A DNA stretch of 64,000 nt. Origin: Moniliella sp. 'wahieum' (lineage: Eukaryota). The DNA is taken from positions 310,001-374,000 of the forward strand of contig RSEE01000018.1 of the NCBI GenBank assembly GCA_003971905.1, read 5' to 3'. Under the pieces are notes generated by a model. The model searched no databases. It saw nothing but the letters and a program-made list of their open reading frames with translations, and had not been told where the DNA came from. The stretch's first letter is position 1; every line of letters starts with the position of its first letter. Shown here piece by piece: positions 12,088 through 25,548 of the stretch. The translations under genes were made by a program, and so were the position numbers.

Positions 12088-14332
12088 CTAAGCCCAACCC
12101 AACCAATGAACACGAATCACCCCCGCAATAAGGCCCAAAGGAAGGAAGAGGGGGGGAGGTAGGCAACCCACACATGATTCATCGTTCGTATCAACGTTTT
12201 CAGTGGCACGGGTTTTTTCCGGTGTACAACATTCGTATACAAGTACACAAGTCGTCCAAGCAACTGGAGCAAACAGCCGGCCTACCACCACCCACGGGAC
12301 TTGCACTGAGTAACTGGCCCGATCAGAAATTAGGTACGGCAGGTGACGATGGGGTGGTCGGCGCGGTGCTGAGGGAAAGGGAGGGAAGGGGGTGGGGAGC
12401 AAGCGAAGGAGAGAGCGCGGGGACCGAGGGGAATGAAGGGCATGAGAAAAACGAGAAGCGCGCCACCTCGATCGGCTCGACCCGCTTGACTGGTGAGACA
12501 GAGCGACCGAAGCCAGTGAGGGAGCCCTACCTGGCGCTGGAGCTGGAGCTGGAGCTGGAGCCGGGGCAGGAGCGGACGCAGGCGCATGCGCCAAAGGTAG
12601 AACTGGAGCTGAGACGGGAACTGGAGCCGGAACGGGAACTTGTCCCGCTCGTTCTTTCAAGTAGAGCGAGATGGCGTCCAACTCGTCCCCCGTACGAAGC
12701 AAAGCGTGAGCCAAGTGGGTTCGATCCGCCATGGGCAACGCGTCGGCCATACGTTCCAAAGCCTGAGGGTCAACATCGGGGTGGGTGGGTCCCTGTGTCG
12801 CACTGTTGGGCTCAGGAAGTCCTACCTCGCCTCCGGATGGGCCGACGGGGCCAACGGGGCCAAAGGCACCATCTCCGCGCGAGAACTGTAGGAACGGGAG
12901 AAACCATGGAAGACCGAGGTTGGCTACGCGGTAGCGGAGCAGACGACAAACGGTACGAAGGGTTGGGCAACGGAGCAGGATGGAACAAGGGGGGCGCGTG
13001 CGAACCCGAACCGAAACCGAACCCGATCGAGACCCAAATCCAGATCCAGGCCCAGACCCAGACCCAGACCCAGACCCAGACCCGGATCTGGATCGAGAAC
13101 CAGGTCCCAAGCCCGCGGAAGGGGGGGGCGCAGAAGCAAAAGAAGACGGGAGACCCAGACCCAAGTGAGTGGAAAATCGTGGAGAGAGGGGCGAACGGGG
13201 GGAGCGTGTGCTACCGCTACTGTGTAGCAGGGGGACGAGAGGTCCGTAGGTGGACTGCGGGGGGCAGGAGGAGGGGGACGGGGAAGGATAGGAATGCAAA
13301 TCCGAGGCGGCAGGGAGCGAGCTAAGGACAGCTTGGTACTGTTGCGGTCGAGGTGCGGCGGGCCGGAACCGGTGTAAGCACTCTGTGCGCGCACATGCGC
13401 AGCCATGGATGCAGTAGATGGGTGGATGCGGCGGGCAGGATCGAGGCGCCGTTGCCCCGTTCGCGCAGGGGGGCAAAGAAGGAGCGGCGCACACGCGACC
13501 GATCGGGTGGCGAGGAGAGACTGAGACGGTGTGGACGCCGAGAAGCACGGCGGAAGATGGATTGGATGGGGGGATTGCGGCAGAGCATTGGGGGAGGTAA
13601 AAACGAATGTGGTGTCTGCGCGCCTGGTGATGGGGCACAACCGGAGGGGAGGCGGCATAGGAGGAGGCGGAGGAAAACGGGAAGGCAGAGACGGGAAGGT
13701 GCGCGAGTGGACGGCGAGGGGATGTCGTGCAGGCTCGAGGCAACGGCAGGACGAGTGTGTGTGAGAGAGGGAAGCGGTGTCTGCGGGAAGGAACGAGCAG
13801 GACGAACGCCGGATGTCAGCCACGGCCATAGCCGTGGCGCGCTGGGACCATGCGGGAAGCGCAGTGGGGTGGCAAGAAGCTGGACGGTGGCAGCACGGTA
13901 CATGCGGGCAAGGTCGCCTGGGATCAATGCGACCAGGTCGCCGTGCTCGTCACGCGGCACGGCGGAGCAAAAGACGTCGGGCCAGGGGCAGTCCAGTCCG
14001 AATACAGGCATGGCCCCAGAGCCGCCTCCAGGTCGTTCTCTCTGCCTCCTCCGCCTCCTCTGGCTCGTCCTCGTCGTCATCTCCTGGGGACATGAGGTGG
14101 AATGAAAGACGGCGGCACGGGAGAAGGCAAAGGGGTGGAGGAGGACCTGGGGACGGATGGGCGGATGCAGATTGAGGTGGCTGCGCATGTGAGGAGTGGC
14201 TGCTGGTACTGCTGCTGCTGTCGCTGGGGGAGGGGCTGTGGGTGTGAGGTCGAGGATGGAAAGGGTAGCGGAGGGCGTCAAGGGTGCTGTCGGGGGTGCT
14301 GATGCCGGGCGGCGTGGGGCCATGGCGGCCAT
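12088..14332 (-). CDS. Hypothetical protein with C-terminal CUE/UBA-like three-helix motif
   Basis: Globular-looking blocks PVFGLDCPWPDVFCSAVPRDEHGDLVALIPGDLARMYRAA and DPQALERMADALPMADRTHLAHALLRTGDELDAISLYLKE; the remainder is low complexity and frameshifted. Confidence 0.45.
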
Positions 14333-14404
14333 GGGGTGGGGGGGGTTGAGAGACGGTGGTGGTGGGGGGGGACGCAGGCGAGTGGCTCGCAAAAGGGAGC
14401 AGGG

Positions 14405-14428
14405 GTCACGTGACTTGGTTTAGCCAAT
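14405..14428. promoter_or_regulatory. Palindromic GTCACGTGAC (CDEI/E-box-type bHLH site) plus CCAAT box
   Basis: GTCACGTGAC at 14405-14414 and CCAAT at 14424-14428, ~75 bp upstream of the minus-strand ATG at 14332. Confidence 0.4.
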
Positions 14429-15002
14429 AGCAGAAGCGCTTCCTATGGTACCACCCTCTTCCCGCATCCGCACGTGGCTGTCTGTGTGGGATGCGGGCTG
14501 CCACGGACGTCGGCATGTTCAGCGGAGACATGCGGGGGGTGCGCGAGGGAGGGATGGGGAAACGGCATGCTGATTACTACAAAAGGGGGGACGCGAGGAG
14601 GGCCTGGTGCGGATGGGGACGCGAGGAGGGGCCTGCATGGTGCAGATGGACGACGGCGGGTGCAAAAGCGTGGTTATGACATGCTGCATGCTGAGGGTGG
14701 ATTGGATGGGGCCCCAAGGTGGTTGCCGACGCGCCAAGGCGCCAAGCGTGGATGGCCGACAGGGGATGGGGGATGGAATGGGAGGCATGGGCGGCATGGC
14801 AACCTCCGACGCACTGGCCGCGTGTGGCGTGGATCGGAATGGCAGCGGCGGGGGACGGAGGTGATGGGATCGCTGATCGGATCCAGCCGATCGACTGATC
14901 GAATCGTCGGTCGATCCACGCCCGATCGCTCGTCTCGCTATTCGAGGGGAATCGCGCAGGGCAAGAGTATAGGCGAGTGTGGCGCAGGGGTTGTAGGTCT
15001 AC

Positions 15003-15130
15003 CATCCATCCATCCCATCCATCCTATCCATCTCTTCTACCCCATCCATCTCTTCTAACCCCATCCATCTCTTCTACCCCATCCATCTCTTCTACCCCCC
15101 ATCCATCTCTTCTACCCCCATCCGTCCCAT
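15003..15130. repeat. Pyrimidine-rich ~20-bp minisatellite (CCATCCATCTCTTCTACCC)
   Basis: About 5 imperfect copies visible. Confidence 0.85.
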
Positions 15131-15217
15131 CTGCTCCCTGCTTCTCTTCTTCCTTCCTCCCTTCTTTCTTTATCTCTCCTTCCTCTCTCTTCTCCCCCCC
15201 CCTCTACAGCCAGCACG

Positions 15218-17146
15218 CCATGCACCCCCCCACACCTCCCTCTCCCAGCGCCGCACCGCCCGCCGCCACCACCGCTTGCCCCCCCCCCCCCCCCCCCATC
15301 CCCCCATCCTCTGCCCCCGTTGGGCACCTGCCCCCTGGCCTTGGTCCGCTTCCCCTTCCGCCCAATCTGCCCCGCCTCCTGGCCTCGTCCCCACCCCTCC
15401 CTCCACCACATCCTCTCCCCCACCCCCCTGCCCCTCCTCTTTCTCCCCAATAGCCCCCACCCGCATCTCGCCCCCAAACACATCATCCCCGCCACGTCGC
15501 CACCCAGGTTGCCCTCAGCGCCTTGTCCCTCGACGACGACGATGACGATGACAACGACCGCATCAACAACTACCAATACAATGATTACGACAACGACGAC
15601 CGCAGTGGTCAATCGCCCGCGTCAAACCATCAGCCCGACCCATCCATCGAGCATTTGCACACGCACCCTCCCAGTCAAAGGGGGCGTATTGTGCAGACAA
15701 GCATGCACTTGTTCTTTCTCTTCCTGCCCCCTGTTCTTCCATCTTGGCCTTCCCCGGTCAATTGCCTGCCGACCGATCGCCTGTCTCCCTCACGGACTCC
15801 TCCCTGCCACCCGACCAAGGCACCCGGCGCAAGGGCCGGGCACGCATGAGCCAAGAAAACGGCGCCGCCTCGCCCGCCGCCGGGAACGCGAACGCGAAGC
15901 TGCCTTGGCTGCTGCCGTCTCCCACCGCTCCCTCCTTGGCCTTCGCACACTTGGAACCCCCCTCGCTCGCGTCCCAACATCCCCGCCCCCCCTCGGCCAG
16001 CACAGTAGCAACCATTCGCCTCTTGCTTCACCATGCGCAATCGAGCCGGAAGACCACGGTGACCTCATACCCGCCTCCTCCCGTGGGCTGGGGTCCGTAG
16101 GGAATAACTCACTGGGTCTAGCTGTGTACCCTGCTGGTCATGCGACGACTGGCAACGTCCTCATCTCTCCCAGGATCACCGCCCACCCCCGTCGCACCCA
16201 ATGGGGCGACCCGCTCCCCACGCCCCATCCATCGCTCCAGTCCGTCGCGAGCGCAGGGCCAGAGGGCGCTTCATCTCCTCGCCACAGACCAATCGGGAGA
16301 TCGGGGCCATCAGAGCAATCGAGCCCGTGGCCCCCCCGCATCTTCTTTCGCCACTACCGCCCCCTCGCGCTCGATGCTCCGACCGCACCTTTACCCAGCA
16401 GACCAAGGCCTGGCATTGAGCCTGAACCTCAACCTGAACCTAAACCTGAACGTTGACAGCGACGAGGACCGGGACCGGGACCGTGCCTGGATCGCGACTG
16501 GAACTGGGACCTGGAAAGGAACCGAAAAGGACCGGGACCTTCACCTGCGCCCGCCCTCCTCCACCACGCTCCGCCCCTCCACACCTATCCACCTTCCCCC
16601 GTTCTCCCCTTCACGTGCCGTTGCCCCTTCCCCAATCCCAACCTCCAACCCAGCCTCGACCCCAACCACATCGCCGTTGCCGCACTGTACACTGTGCCCT
16701 CCCCTCAGCCCACCCTGCCAACCACAGCTCCCATCTGGTCTGCGGCCGACCCCTCGTCGCTTTATCCCGCTACCTTACCCCCTGGCCTACTCCCTACGAC
16801 TGACGCTGCTACGCTCGCGGCTGCTCCTGTGCCACCTCCACCGCGATCCCGTGTGCCCAGTCCGTACGCGCCTTCCCCCTCGCCGCGCCTGGCATGGTCG
16901 CCTCCCCGCCCGGTGACGACACGCACGCCGGGCCGGCACTCCTTGGCTCCCGTCCCACTGCTTCACTACCTTTGCGCTCCTCTTCTTCCCAACGACCTTC
17001 GCCTCTGCCTTCACCCCTGCCTCGCCCTTGCCTTCGCCCCTGCCTTTGCCGCATGCCGTGTTGCCCTCGCCTCATACCCAGCGCTCCACCACGCCTTGGC
17101 CACCGCATACACCACTCGGCGCCCTCCCGCGCCCACCTGGCCCTAA
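15218..17146 (+). CDS. Hypothetical Pro/Ser-rich low-complexity protein
   Basis: Chain of overlapping plus-strand ORFs with coding-like composition (KRRRLARRRERERE; LAVYPAGHATTGNVLISPR). No recognisable domain. Confidence 0.3.
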
Positions 17147-17183
17147 TTCACCCCCCTTACCTTACCTTATTTTACGTCCTTTA

Positions 17184-17282
17184 CCCTGCCCTGCCCTGCC
17201 CTGCCCTGCCCTGCCCTGCCCTTTCCCGCCCTGTCCTGTCCTTTCCCGTCCTGTCCTGTCCTGTCCTGTCCTGTCCTGTCCT
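17184..17282. repeat. Compound pentanucleotide microsatellite (CCCTG)n/(TCCTG)n
   Basis: Directly visible. Confidence 0.95.
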
Positions 17283-18460
17283 ATTGCATGCATTGCCCCC
17301 TTTCTCCTTTCGTTTGTCTTGCGTTGCGATGTGGATCTGATTCAGTGCGTGTCCGTGGACGCGCGTGGACGTGGGATTGGGGGTTGCGGGGAGCACTGAA
17401 GCGATCTGGTTCGCTTTTTGGGGCGTGTTTTTCTTGGTTGTGCTTACCCACCAAGTGTGGGAGTAGAGCCCTGAACCGGTGAGATCCAACCTTTCATCGT
17501 TAGTGGAGGGTCTGTAACCGTTCTCGGAGTCTCCATCTTGTGTCCTCTCCCTTCTCCCTTCTCCCTTCTCCCGTCCGACCCGCCCTGTCCTACACACTCA
17601 AGATACCTCTTTGTCCCCACTCCTTTTCGCCTCGTGTACCTCGGGACCTTGCGCCCATCCCGTCCTTGCAATTGATCAATCCGAATCCGATGCCGCACTG
17701 TCTCCATCCTCCGTCTTTAGACGTTACTCGACAAGAACACAGGACGCCCACGTCCACAGGTTCGTTACCATCTCTCTCGTCTCTTTTGGTCTGCTACTTA
17801 CTCTCCCGCCTTGACGCCTTCACACCATCCGTCTCCCTCGGTCCAGGCTTAACCATCAGTCCATTGTACCTTGACCTACTTACACCGTGGATCCAGCGTA
17901 TTCTGGGTCCCCTGCCCCCGTTGCAACCCACCGCGCGAGGCAGGTAAGTGCAAGGGACTGGAAGACGGACCGGGGGCAGGACGGGAGTAGGGGGTAACCC
18001 GGGCGGTGGTAGGTGGGGTGAGGTTAGGTAGAACCCTGGCTTGGCTGGGTCGGGCGCGTACCGTTCGCTCCCCCTGGCGTCGCCACAGGGCGGGGTGGGG
18101 TGCGGGTACAGTTCGGTCTGGGGCGTAGGCACCGTTGCAGGATCCAGCTCGTTCTCAGGCCCGGCGTCGGGCGCAACAGTACGGAATCCAGGCCAGACGA
18201 ACCGGTACGATGACGAGGCGCTTCCGCTGGTGCTTGGGTCACGGCAACTGTAGTACTTGCCTGTGAGGACATGGTCTCCCCCCCCACCGACCAAGATGGG
18301 GTGGCCAGGGCGGGCGGAGGGTAAGGGAGAGCAGGTAAGGTCCCACCGATCGCGACGGGCGGTACGACGCTCTCGACCTGTTCGACCCGTTTGGCACGTT
18401 CGGAGCCAAGGGCCAAGACACCGGGCAGCGCGGACGGGAACGTCGGTGGAAATCGACGAG

Positions 18461-19512
18461 CTAGGTACGGCAGCCGACAGACTGTAGTGGCGTAAACGAC
18501 GATCGTTCCCCCGTTCCGTCCAGTCCCCGCGATCCCACCGATCTCACTGATCCCACCGACCCTACCGAACGGCGCGCGCCCACGACCGGTCCAAGCCGAC
18601 GGCGAGACGAAGAGGGGGGCACAGGGGCAGCGGGTGCATCTACCCGCGGTCCGGAAGAGGCAGTAGAGGCACAAGAGCGGGTGGAAGAACTGCATGTTGA
18701 AGGCGAAGCAATGTCGATGAGGACGACGACGAGGGTGTGTTCTCCGCGGCCAAACATCCACTGGACCGACATCTCCTCTGCGCCCGAGCGGCGTGTCCAG
18801 GCACTTGGAAAGATGCTGCCCCTGCTCGGCTGTTGCGTGGGAGTGCGGGCCCGCGGTGACTCAGTGGGTGTACCGGCAAGACGGAGTCTGGTCCTTGGGA
18901 GGGTGCTTTGGGCATAGGGGGCGGACGGACGGTGCGCGCGAGACGGGCAGCGTGCTGGGTGCCCGGGACTCGCGAGGAGAAGGTCAATGTACGCATGCAG
19001 CTCGGCAATGTACTCTGCATCCACAGTTCACGCGGCCGAGGAGAGGAGAGGAACGGGATGACAAGGAAAGAAGAACGCAATGACAGACAAACAGGGTTAG
19101 TACCACCCCTCCACCCAACGAAAGCAAGAGCAGGCAGCACAACGTACCAACGGTATGAAGTCAGCACATCCAGCTGTTGAGCCCCAGCTCCTCGTCGTAG
19201 TTGGGCGGTGGGGGCGGCGGGCCGCGTCGCCGTGGCCGCGGGACGGCGGGCGTGACCCCTCGCGTTCGCCATCCTCGTCGGGCGGGCCATCGCAAGGGCT
19301 GCGAGGCTAGCGGTGGGCGAGCGGGCCAGTGAGGGGCACGGTGTGGCCCAGGCGGCGGGCCAGAGGCGCACAGGCGGGCACGGTGTTGCGGAGAGAAACG
19401 AGGCGACGGTTGATTTTCTCGCGCCGGCGTCGTTCGATCTGCGAGTGCAGCGCCCGCTTTGCGCCGTCCCGGCCGGCGGGTGGCCGCGCGGCGTCGGTGC
19501 GGAAGGTGGCAT
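18461..19512 (-). CDS. bHLH transcription factor
   Basis: Basic region/helix 1 KRALHSQIERRRREKINRRLVSLRNTVPAC; helix 2 EELGLN(K)LDVL..., intron ~19016-19147, then EYIAELHAYIDLLL. 3' end uncertain. Confidence 0.85.
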
Positions 19513-19773
19513 GGCGGTGTTGGGGGCGGTGGCGTCGGCTGGGCCACAATGGACGGTCACACGACGCGGGGGGCGGACGTCCAACGTCAAACGTCAGGGT
19601 CGACGTCGAAAGCGCCTGGCTATGTCGGCCATTGCGCACGTGCGGGGCACAGCGGCAGTGTCCCCGCCCGCCTGCGCCCCGCAGCGGCGAGGATTACATT
19701 GTATTGACGCCTGTCTGGCTGCCCCCCACACGACCTGCCGCGCCGCTTGCCACATCACGCACTGCAAAAAGAA

Positions 19774-19860
19774 AGGTCCCACTGGGATTCGAACCCAGGT
19801 TTCAGGAAGGCAATCAACACGATCAGAATCCTACTTCCTAACCAACTAGAACATGGAACC
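19774..19860 (-). tRNA. tRNA-Gln(CTG) with 14-nt intron (19809-19822)
   Basis: Reverse complement GGTTCCA..AGTTGGTT..TAGGA-TT-CTG-A-[intron]-T-TCCTG..CTGGG-TTCGAAT-CCCAG-TGGGACC-T, followed by a T-run terminator. Confidence 0.95.
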
Positions 19861-20133
19861 GGTGGCTGCCTCGCGCGGATGCAATAGTGCCGCTGCCTTT
19901 CTCCCACTATGCCCCTCTCCATATTCTGGGGAGAGAGAGCACTGCGCCTACCAAGCTATCTATGCACTCCCACCGGCCTTCGCCACATGGACTGGCACAT
20001 CGACCATCGAACGCAGATAGTAGACCAGATGGACGATGGACTAGAATGGGGCTTTTGGGGGGGGGCAGGGGACAGAGGGGGCGGTGCAGGCACCAAATAG
20101 GAAACGAGACGGGACGTTAACGGGAACGAACGG

Positions 20134-20717
20134 CTAGCGAATCAGCAGGTACACATACTCGCCACTGTGATCCCGCTCAAATGCCTGTAGGACCCAGTCA
20201 GGGCCATAAGCAGTCCCCCAAACGAGCCATACACAGTCACCGTGTCGCCATGGCCATCGTCAAACTTGTAGATCTGCCGGCGCAAAAGACGAGACGCGGG
20301 GGGGGGAGGGGTTAGCACACACACCCTTTCTCCTCCTTCTTGACACTGTTTCCACTGGACGCCTTCTGCGTTCAGAGCCAAAGAAAAGAGCACGTACCTT
20401 GCCATGCATCACATAATCAAAGTCCGCCGTAATCCCCTCGTTGCCCGGGATATCGATCCGCCACTCTTCCCTCCCGCGCTTCGGCTCATCCTCGCCGCCT
20501 GTCCCTCGTGGCGGTGGAGGGTGCGTGCAAGCTGGAGGGTGAACTGGCGCTTGTTGGCCATGGGATAAATGTCGACGGCAATGTCGATGGAGAGCTGGAT
20601 GTCGGACGCCGGGGCATGGGCAACGATGCGCGACACGCGATCGAACTTCTTGCCGTCGGGGTCGATCTGCTGCACGTGGAACTGCGCGTCGAACAGGTTG
20701 GTGGGGTCGGTGGCCAT
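20134..20717 (-). CDS. RPB8: RNA polymerases I/II/III subunit RPABC3
   Basis: LFDAQFHVQQIDPDGKKFDRVSRI..IDIAVDIYP..FTLQLARTL..ADFDYVMHGK|intron|IYKFD..VYGSFGGLLMALTG..(G)EYVYLLIR*. Confidence 0.97.
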
Positions 20718-21075
20718 GGCGAGGGAACGAAGGCGACGGCGGGACGGGGGGGGGGTTGGGTTGGGGGGCCAGGAGGACGTGCCAAGCGCCCAGCGACGAG
20801 CGACGAGGCAAAGGACAGAAAAATCAGCCATTCCGCCCGCGACGGCAAATTCCGCTTGGCGGAAGCGCTGCGCGGCAGATACCGGGGATACCGGCGACCT
20901 AACAACGCCAGCTCGCCGCCACTCAAATTGCCCCACCGAGACCCAGCGCCGCGGCTTGGTCTGTGCGCGTTCCCATCGTCCTTCCCGCCGCCACCACCAC
21001 GCCCCTCCCCCCTCCCCCTCCCCACTCCCACTGCCTTCCCCCTGCCTTCCCCCTGCCTTCCCCCTGTCCGTCGCC

Positions 21076-22079
21076 ATGGCCGCCCCGCTGAACACGCCGG
21101 TCTGACATCCATCATGTGCGTCCTGCGCCTGCGCCCGGGCCCTGGGGATGATGCTGGTGTGCTCCGTCTGACCCACACCCTGTCTGCTTCCCCGGCGCAG
21201 CGTCGGCGCCACTGGTGCCGTGGGCAAGGAACTGTTCTCCCTCCTCGCTCGTCCAGAGTACAGCCACGTGCACAGCTTTGCGCGTCGCCCCAGTGGTGTT
21301 ACCCACGCCAAGCTCAACGAGGCACGACGTGGACTTTACGGCGCTGCTCAACGAGGCACCGCGTACGTTGCGTGGCCTCGCCGGGCTGCAAGAGAGTCTG
21401 CCTGCCAGCTCGGAGCCCGCCGCGGCTGACGACAAGCTGCCGGATCTGGCTACCTGGACCGGTACGGAAGGAAGCAAGTTCCGTCAAGTGCACGCTGACG
21501 CAGTGTTTATTACCCTGGGCACGACACGCGCCCAGGCGGGTCGATGAGTGCGTTGAAGTGATCGATCGCGGGTACGTGGTGGCCTCGGCGGCAGCCGCTT
21601 TGAGCCCTACCAAACTGGCAACGACGGGACAACGGTTGCTCTACTGCTCCTCTGGAGGCGGCAACAGTACCTCCCACTTCCCCTATTTGCGCAGCAAGGG
21701 CGAAACGGACGAAGCCTTGTCCGCCTTGCCCTACAATGATGTCACCATCTTCCAGCCCGGCATGCTGTTGGAAGCCAAGCGCTCGTCCGCACGGTACGCG
21801 GAAGCGGTAGGCCAGATGCTGGGTAAGTTGGTGGCTCCCTTGACGGATTCGTACGGTGCGCCGGTGAGTAAAGTGGGGCAGGCGATGGCCGCTTTGGGTG
21901 TGCAACCCATTGCGCAGTACCGTACCACCTATGGCATTGCTGCCCCTCCGTTGCAGGGTAAGGGGTTCCCCACTGCGGCCACTACAGCCCAGGACTTGTT
22001 GAGCAAGATCGGAGGCCAGGGCGTCCTCACCCGTGCCTCGGGGGCAATGCCGAATTGCTCAAGGTTGCGCGCCAGGTGA
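21076..22079 (+). CDS. FMP52: Fmp52/TIP30-like atypical short-chain NAD(P)-binding protein
   Basis: Intron ~21116-21200; GATGAVGKELF..HVHSFARRP, DAVFITLGTTRAQAG, IDRGYV, LLYCSSGG..SHFPYLRSKGETDEAL, IFQPGML. Confidence 0.8.
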
Positions 22080-22255
22080 ACGCCTAATCTCCTTCCCCTT
22101 CCCCCCTCCCTTCTTAAAGCCGTCCGACAGACAGGCTGAGCTGTGAACCATCGATTCGTTTCGACCGTGCCTTTCCTTGTTCGAATCATGAAATCAGAAC
22201 CACATAACATTAGTATCTATCCAGAGCAGACAAAGGCGTTTCGTTTGCCCCGAGC

Positions 22256-24117
22256 TCACATGCCGGCCAACGCCGACGCTGGATCATAGTCGAGGCCCTT
22301 GCGCTCCACCATCTCCGCCACCAACATGCGGCCCAACAGGACGAGGTGGGCGAGTGCATCCGGGCCATCAGGGAAGGGGAAACAAGGGCGGGAACCGTGG
22401 CGGCCTGGCCTTCTGCCCCCCCGCCTCAAGCGAGGGAAGCACCGTGGGATCCAAGTCCAATGTGTGGTCCGATGCGCCCTTGCGGTCCGACGGCAGCGGC
22501 GCCAAGCTGCCCCACGAACGAGGAAAGTGGTGGTGCTGGAGCATCAAGGGGTTGAGCCAAGCCCTCGCCTGGTTCTCCCGTGCCCAGCTGCGATCGGTCT
22601 CCTTGAGCGCCAACGCCACTCGGACGCAAATCCATTCAAGTCGTCCAAACTGGGCTGGATCGGGCTGGCATGGGTCTCCGCTTCGTCCTCAGCCGCACCC
22701 TCTGTCTCCGCATCTACCTTGGCTTCTGCACCTGCCTCCGCTTTCGCCTCGGCTTGGCAATGGTGCGCCAGCATGGTCAGTTTGCGCGACGCCGAGCCTT
22801 GGCGGTACGCGGCCGACAAGAGCAAGATGCGTGCCTGCAGCGTCTGCAGCATGCTTCCAGTACATTTGTTCCGGGCGTTGGGGTCTTGCGCAGCTGTTTC
22901 GTCACATGTTCCAGCAACGGCTGCAGATCCAACCAATCCTGCACGCCGCGCTGGTTGGTAGACCGTTCCAGCGCCAGGGGCAACCGCATGGTCTGCGCCT
23001 CGGCTTGGCCAGAAGCAGCCGCGCCAGACGGGGCCATGGGATCGAACCGCAACCCTTGGTCCCGCGCCCAGGACGCATAGGCATACAACAACAAACTGTC
23101 GATCCACATGACCTGCGCCACCTGTACCTCGGCCTCGTTTCTTCGGCCCGCACTGATCAGGTGGTCCGCACGCTTCTTGAGTTTATGGGCGACAGAACGG
23201 TAGCGCGTGTAGAGCTTGTCGCAGTAGGCCTTGTTGGTCCACCGGTCCAACGCTCGTTTGGCCTGCTTGCGAGGCGAGCCGGACGACTCGGATCGGCTCC
23301 GCCGGCCCGGCGAGAGGGGCACCGAGGGCAAGGTCCCCCAGCGGGGGTGGTAGGTGCGAGGGGCGTGAGGCTGGGAGGGCGAGTGTTTCTGCGCGGGGGG
23401 GGGGAGGCAGCAGCGTCCGGCATCTTCGAGGGCTGGTCCCATCGAGATCGGCGCGCCGAGGTAGGCGCAGGCTGGGCGAGGGCAGGGGATGGGAGGGTGC
23501 CAGAGGGCGGATCAGGTTGCGAGATGGTGGCCGTCGCGGATCGTCGGGGTGCAGCCTCGCGCGTGCGGGCACGAGGCGCGTGCGGCTGGGTTGCGACCTG
23601 GGTCTTGGCCGGGGCTGAGCTGAGGTGGGACGCGCTGGAGCGGGCACGGGAGGTGGGGTGGAGGTGGAGGTGGAAGTGGAGCCGGTGGTGGTGGTGGTGC
23701 TGGGGGTGGTGCTGGTGCTGGAGATGGCACTGGTCGAGGGCAGGCGCAGGCGCGGCGGGTGGTGTGGCAGGGCGTCGATTGCCTTTCAGAGGTACAGAAA
23801 GGGTAGGTTAGTTAGAGCACGCCAGATGGCTGAAGGCCCGGCGAAAGCAAGAAGACACACCCGGATGCGGTCGCCGATGCGCTCGAGGAGGAGGAGGGAG
23901 GTGGGGTCCAGGCTGGACGGGTGGGAGGCGGAGCGGGAGGCAGGGCGCCGGCGAGGCGGGGCCGCTTGGCCGGTGGGCTGGAGGCGGAGGGGGAGTCGGA
24001 AGCGGAAGCCGCGGCTGAGTCGGGCGTGGAGCGAGGCTTGGGGGTGGACTGGGGCGTAGGGGCGGTGCTGCGGGGCGCACGGCGGGTGAGGCGGAAGCTG
24101 GGCAGCGGTGCCTCCAT
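22256..24117 (-). CDS. Pro-rich protein with helical C-terminal domain resembling Ebp1/AF4 C-terminal domain
   Basis: YRSVAHKLKKRAD..IDSLLLYAYASWARD..WLDLQPLLEHV..HLVLLGRMLVAEMVERKGLDY; intron ~23785-23870 with CTAAC branch point. Confidence 0.5.
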
Positions 24118-24532
24118 TGGGATGGCGGTAATAGGGACGGAGGGGTGGGGGGGTCGCGGTGGGGACGGCGCTGTAGATGGCGGTGGCGATGGCGATGGCG
24201 ATGGCGATGGCGAGGGCGATGCCGGTGGAGACAGGGGAGACGCGGCTGCTGGAAACAGAGATCCCGACAGCACAACGCGAGCCCAGTTGGTTGCTAGCGG
24301 ACCACATCACCTCTCATCACCTCCCAGCAGTTGCACGCCGGCAGGCTCAGTTCATTTCACATTGATCGCCTGCCTCATCACAGCGTTGCGCTGCCGGTGC
24401 CCATGCTCCCATCCACACGCACAGTCGTGTCTACCTATCTACCTTGGGTGCCCCTCCCCCGCCTCCCCACCAGCCCGGGGAGCGCATCGATCCGTCTCCA
24501 TTTGCATTGCCCCATAATGATAGCCTTTACCC

Positions 24533-25548
24533 AGTAGCTCACCCCGCCCCGCCCCCAGCGCGCGTCCTTGCTCAGATCGTACTCGGTCCGGATCCCCGCC
24601 GACGCAAACGGCACCGTCTCCAGCACGACACCCTCGCCTTCTCCACGCGCTCCTGCACATGGTACTGCTCCATCAACGCATCTGCCTTGCGGTCCATGCC
24701 CATGGTGCGGTAGAGCCAGGAAAGCAGCTTGCGCGCCGACCCGCGCGGCAGCACCTTCTCCATCACCGCCGCCACCGGAAAGAGACCGAGCAGGAAATAC
24801 ACCATCGTACTCAGCGTCCGCAGTGCCAGCTCAGGCACAATCGTCGGGGCAGAAGCGCTGCGCCCGCGGCGACGCCGAAGAGAGGGAAAGCGAGTACACC
24901 CGAAAGTCTGGCGACACGGCAATGGGGCCGTGACCAAACGGATACTCAGACGAAAGTACCCGTCGCCGGCGATCGCGGGGATGCGCACCGCAAACGTACC
25001 TACCCGCACCAATCCTCGAATCGGATGGGGCCCGGGCAGGTCGGCAAAGTGGGCTTGGGCCTGACGCTGCTCGAACTTAGTTACGCCCTTGTCCCATTTT
25101 TCCAGCGTTCGCTCGGCAAAGTCGGTGGGTGCCATGGTGGAGGAAGCGTCGTTGCTGGATGCGGGAAGATGCTCATGGCGCTCGTTGCAGCCTGGGTAGG
25201 GCAGTGCGGCGATGAGAGACGCAGGGCGTCACATTGATTCCTTTGACCGTCTTGGCACCCAGCCACTTGGCCAGGGACCAGCCGAAGATCCCGGCGCGCC
25301 AGCCGCGGCGGACGAGTGGATGGTGAGCGAGTCGGGGGCGACGGAGGCCGGAGGAGCGTGTGGCCATGCTGGATGGCAAAGAGGGTGAGGGGACGTAGGT
25401 GTCGCTGCCTTGGTACACGACGAGACGGCGTGTGTGCTGGAGCACGACCCACTGCGGCGTCGCTGCGCTCTCCTGCCCGCCGAGGCTTTTGAGCAGCAGA
25501 AACACCTGGCGCACCAGGGCGAAGAGCAGGTCGAAGAAGGTCGGCCAT
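24533..25548 (-). CDS. Fungal hypothetical protein
   Basis: Coding-like blocks across frames: RRLVVYQGSDTY, RRGWRAGIFGWSLAKWLG..GINVTP, VRIPAIAGDGYFRLSI, ..GIRTEYDL. Confidence 0.55.
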
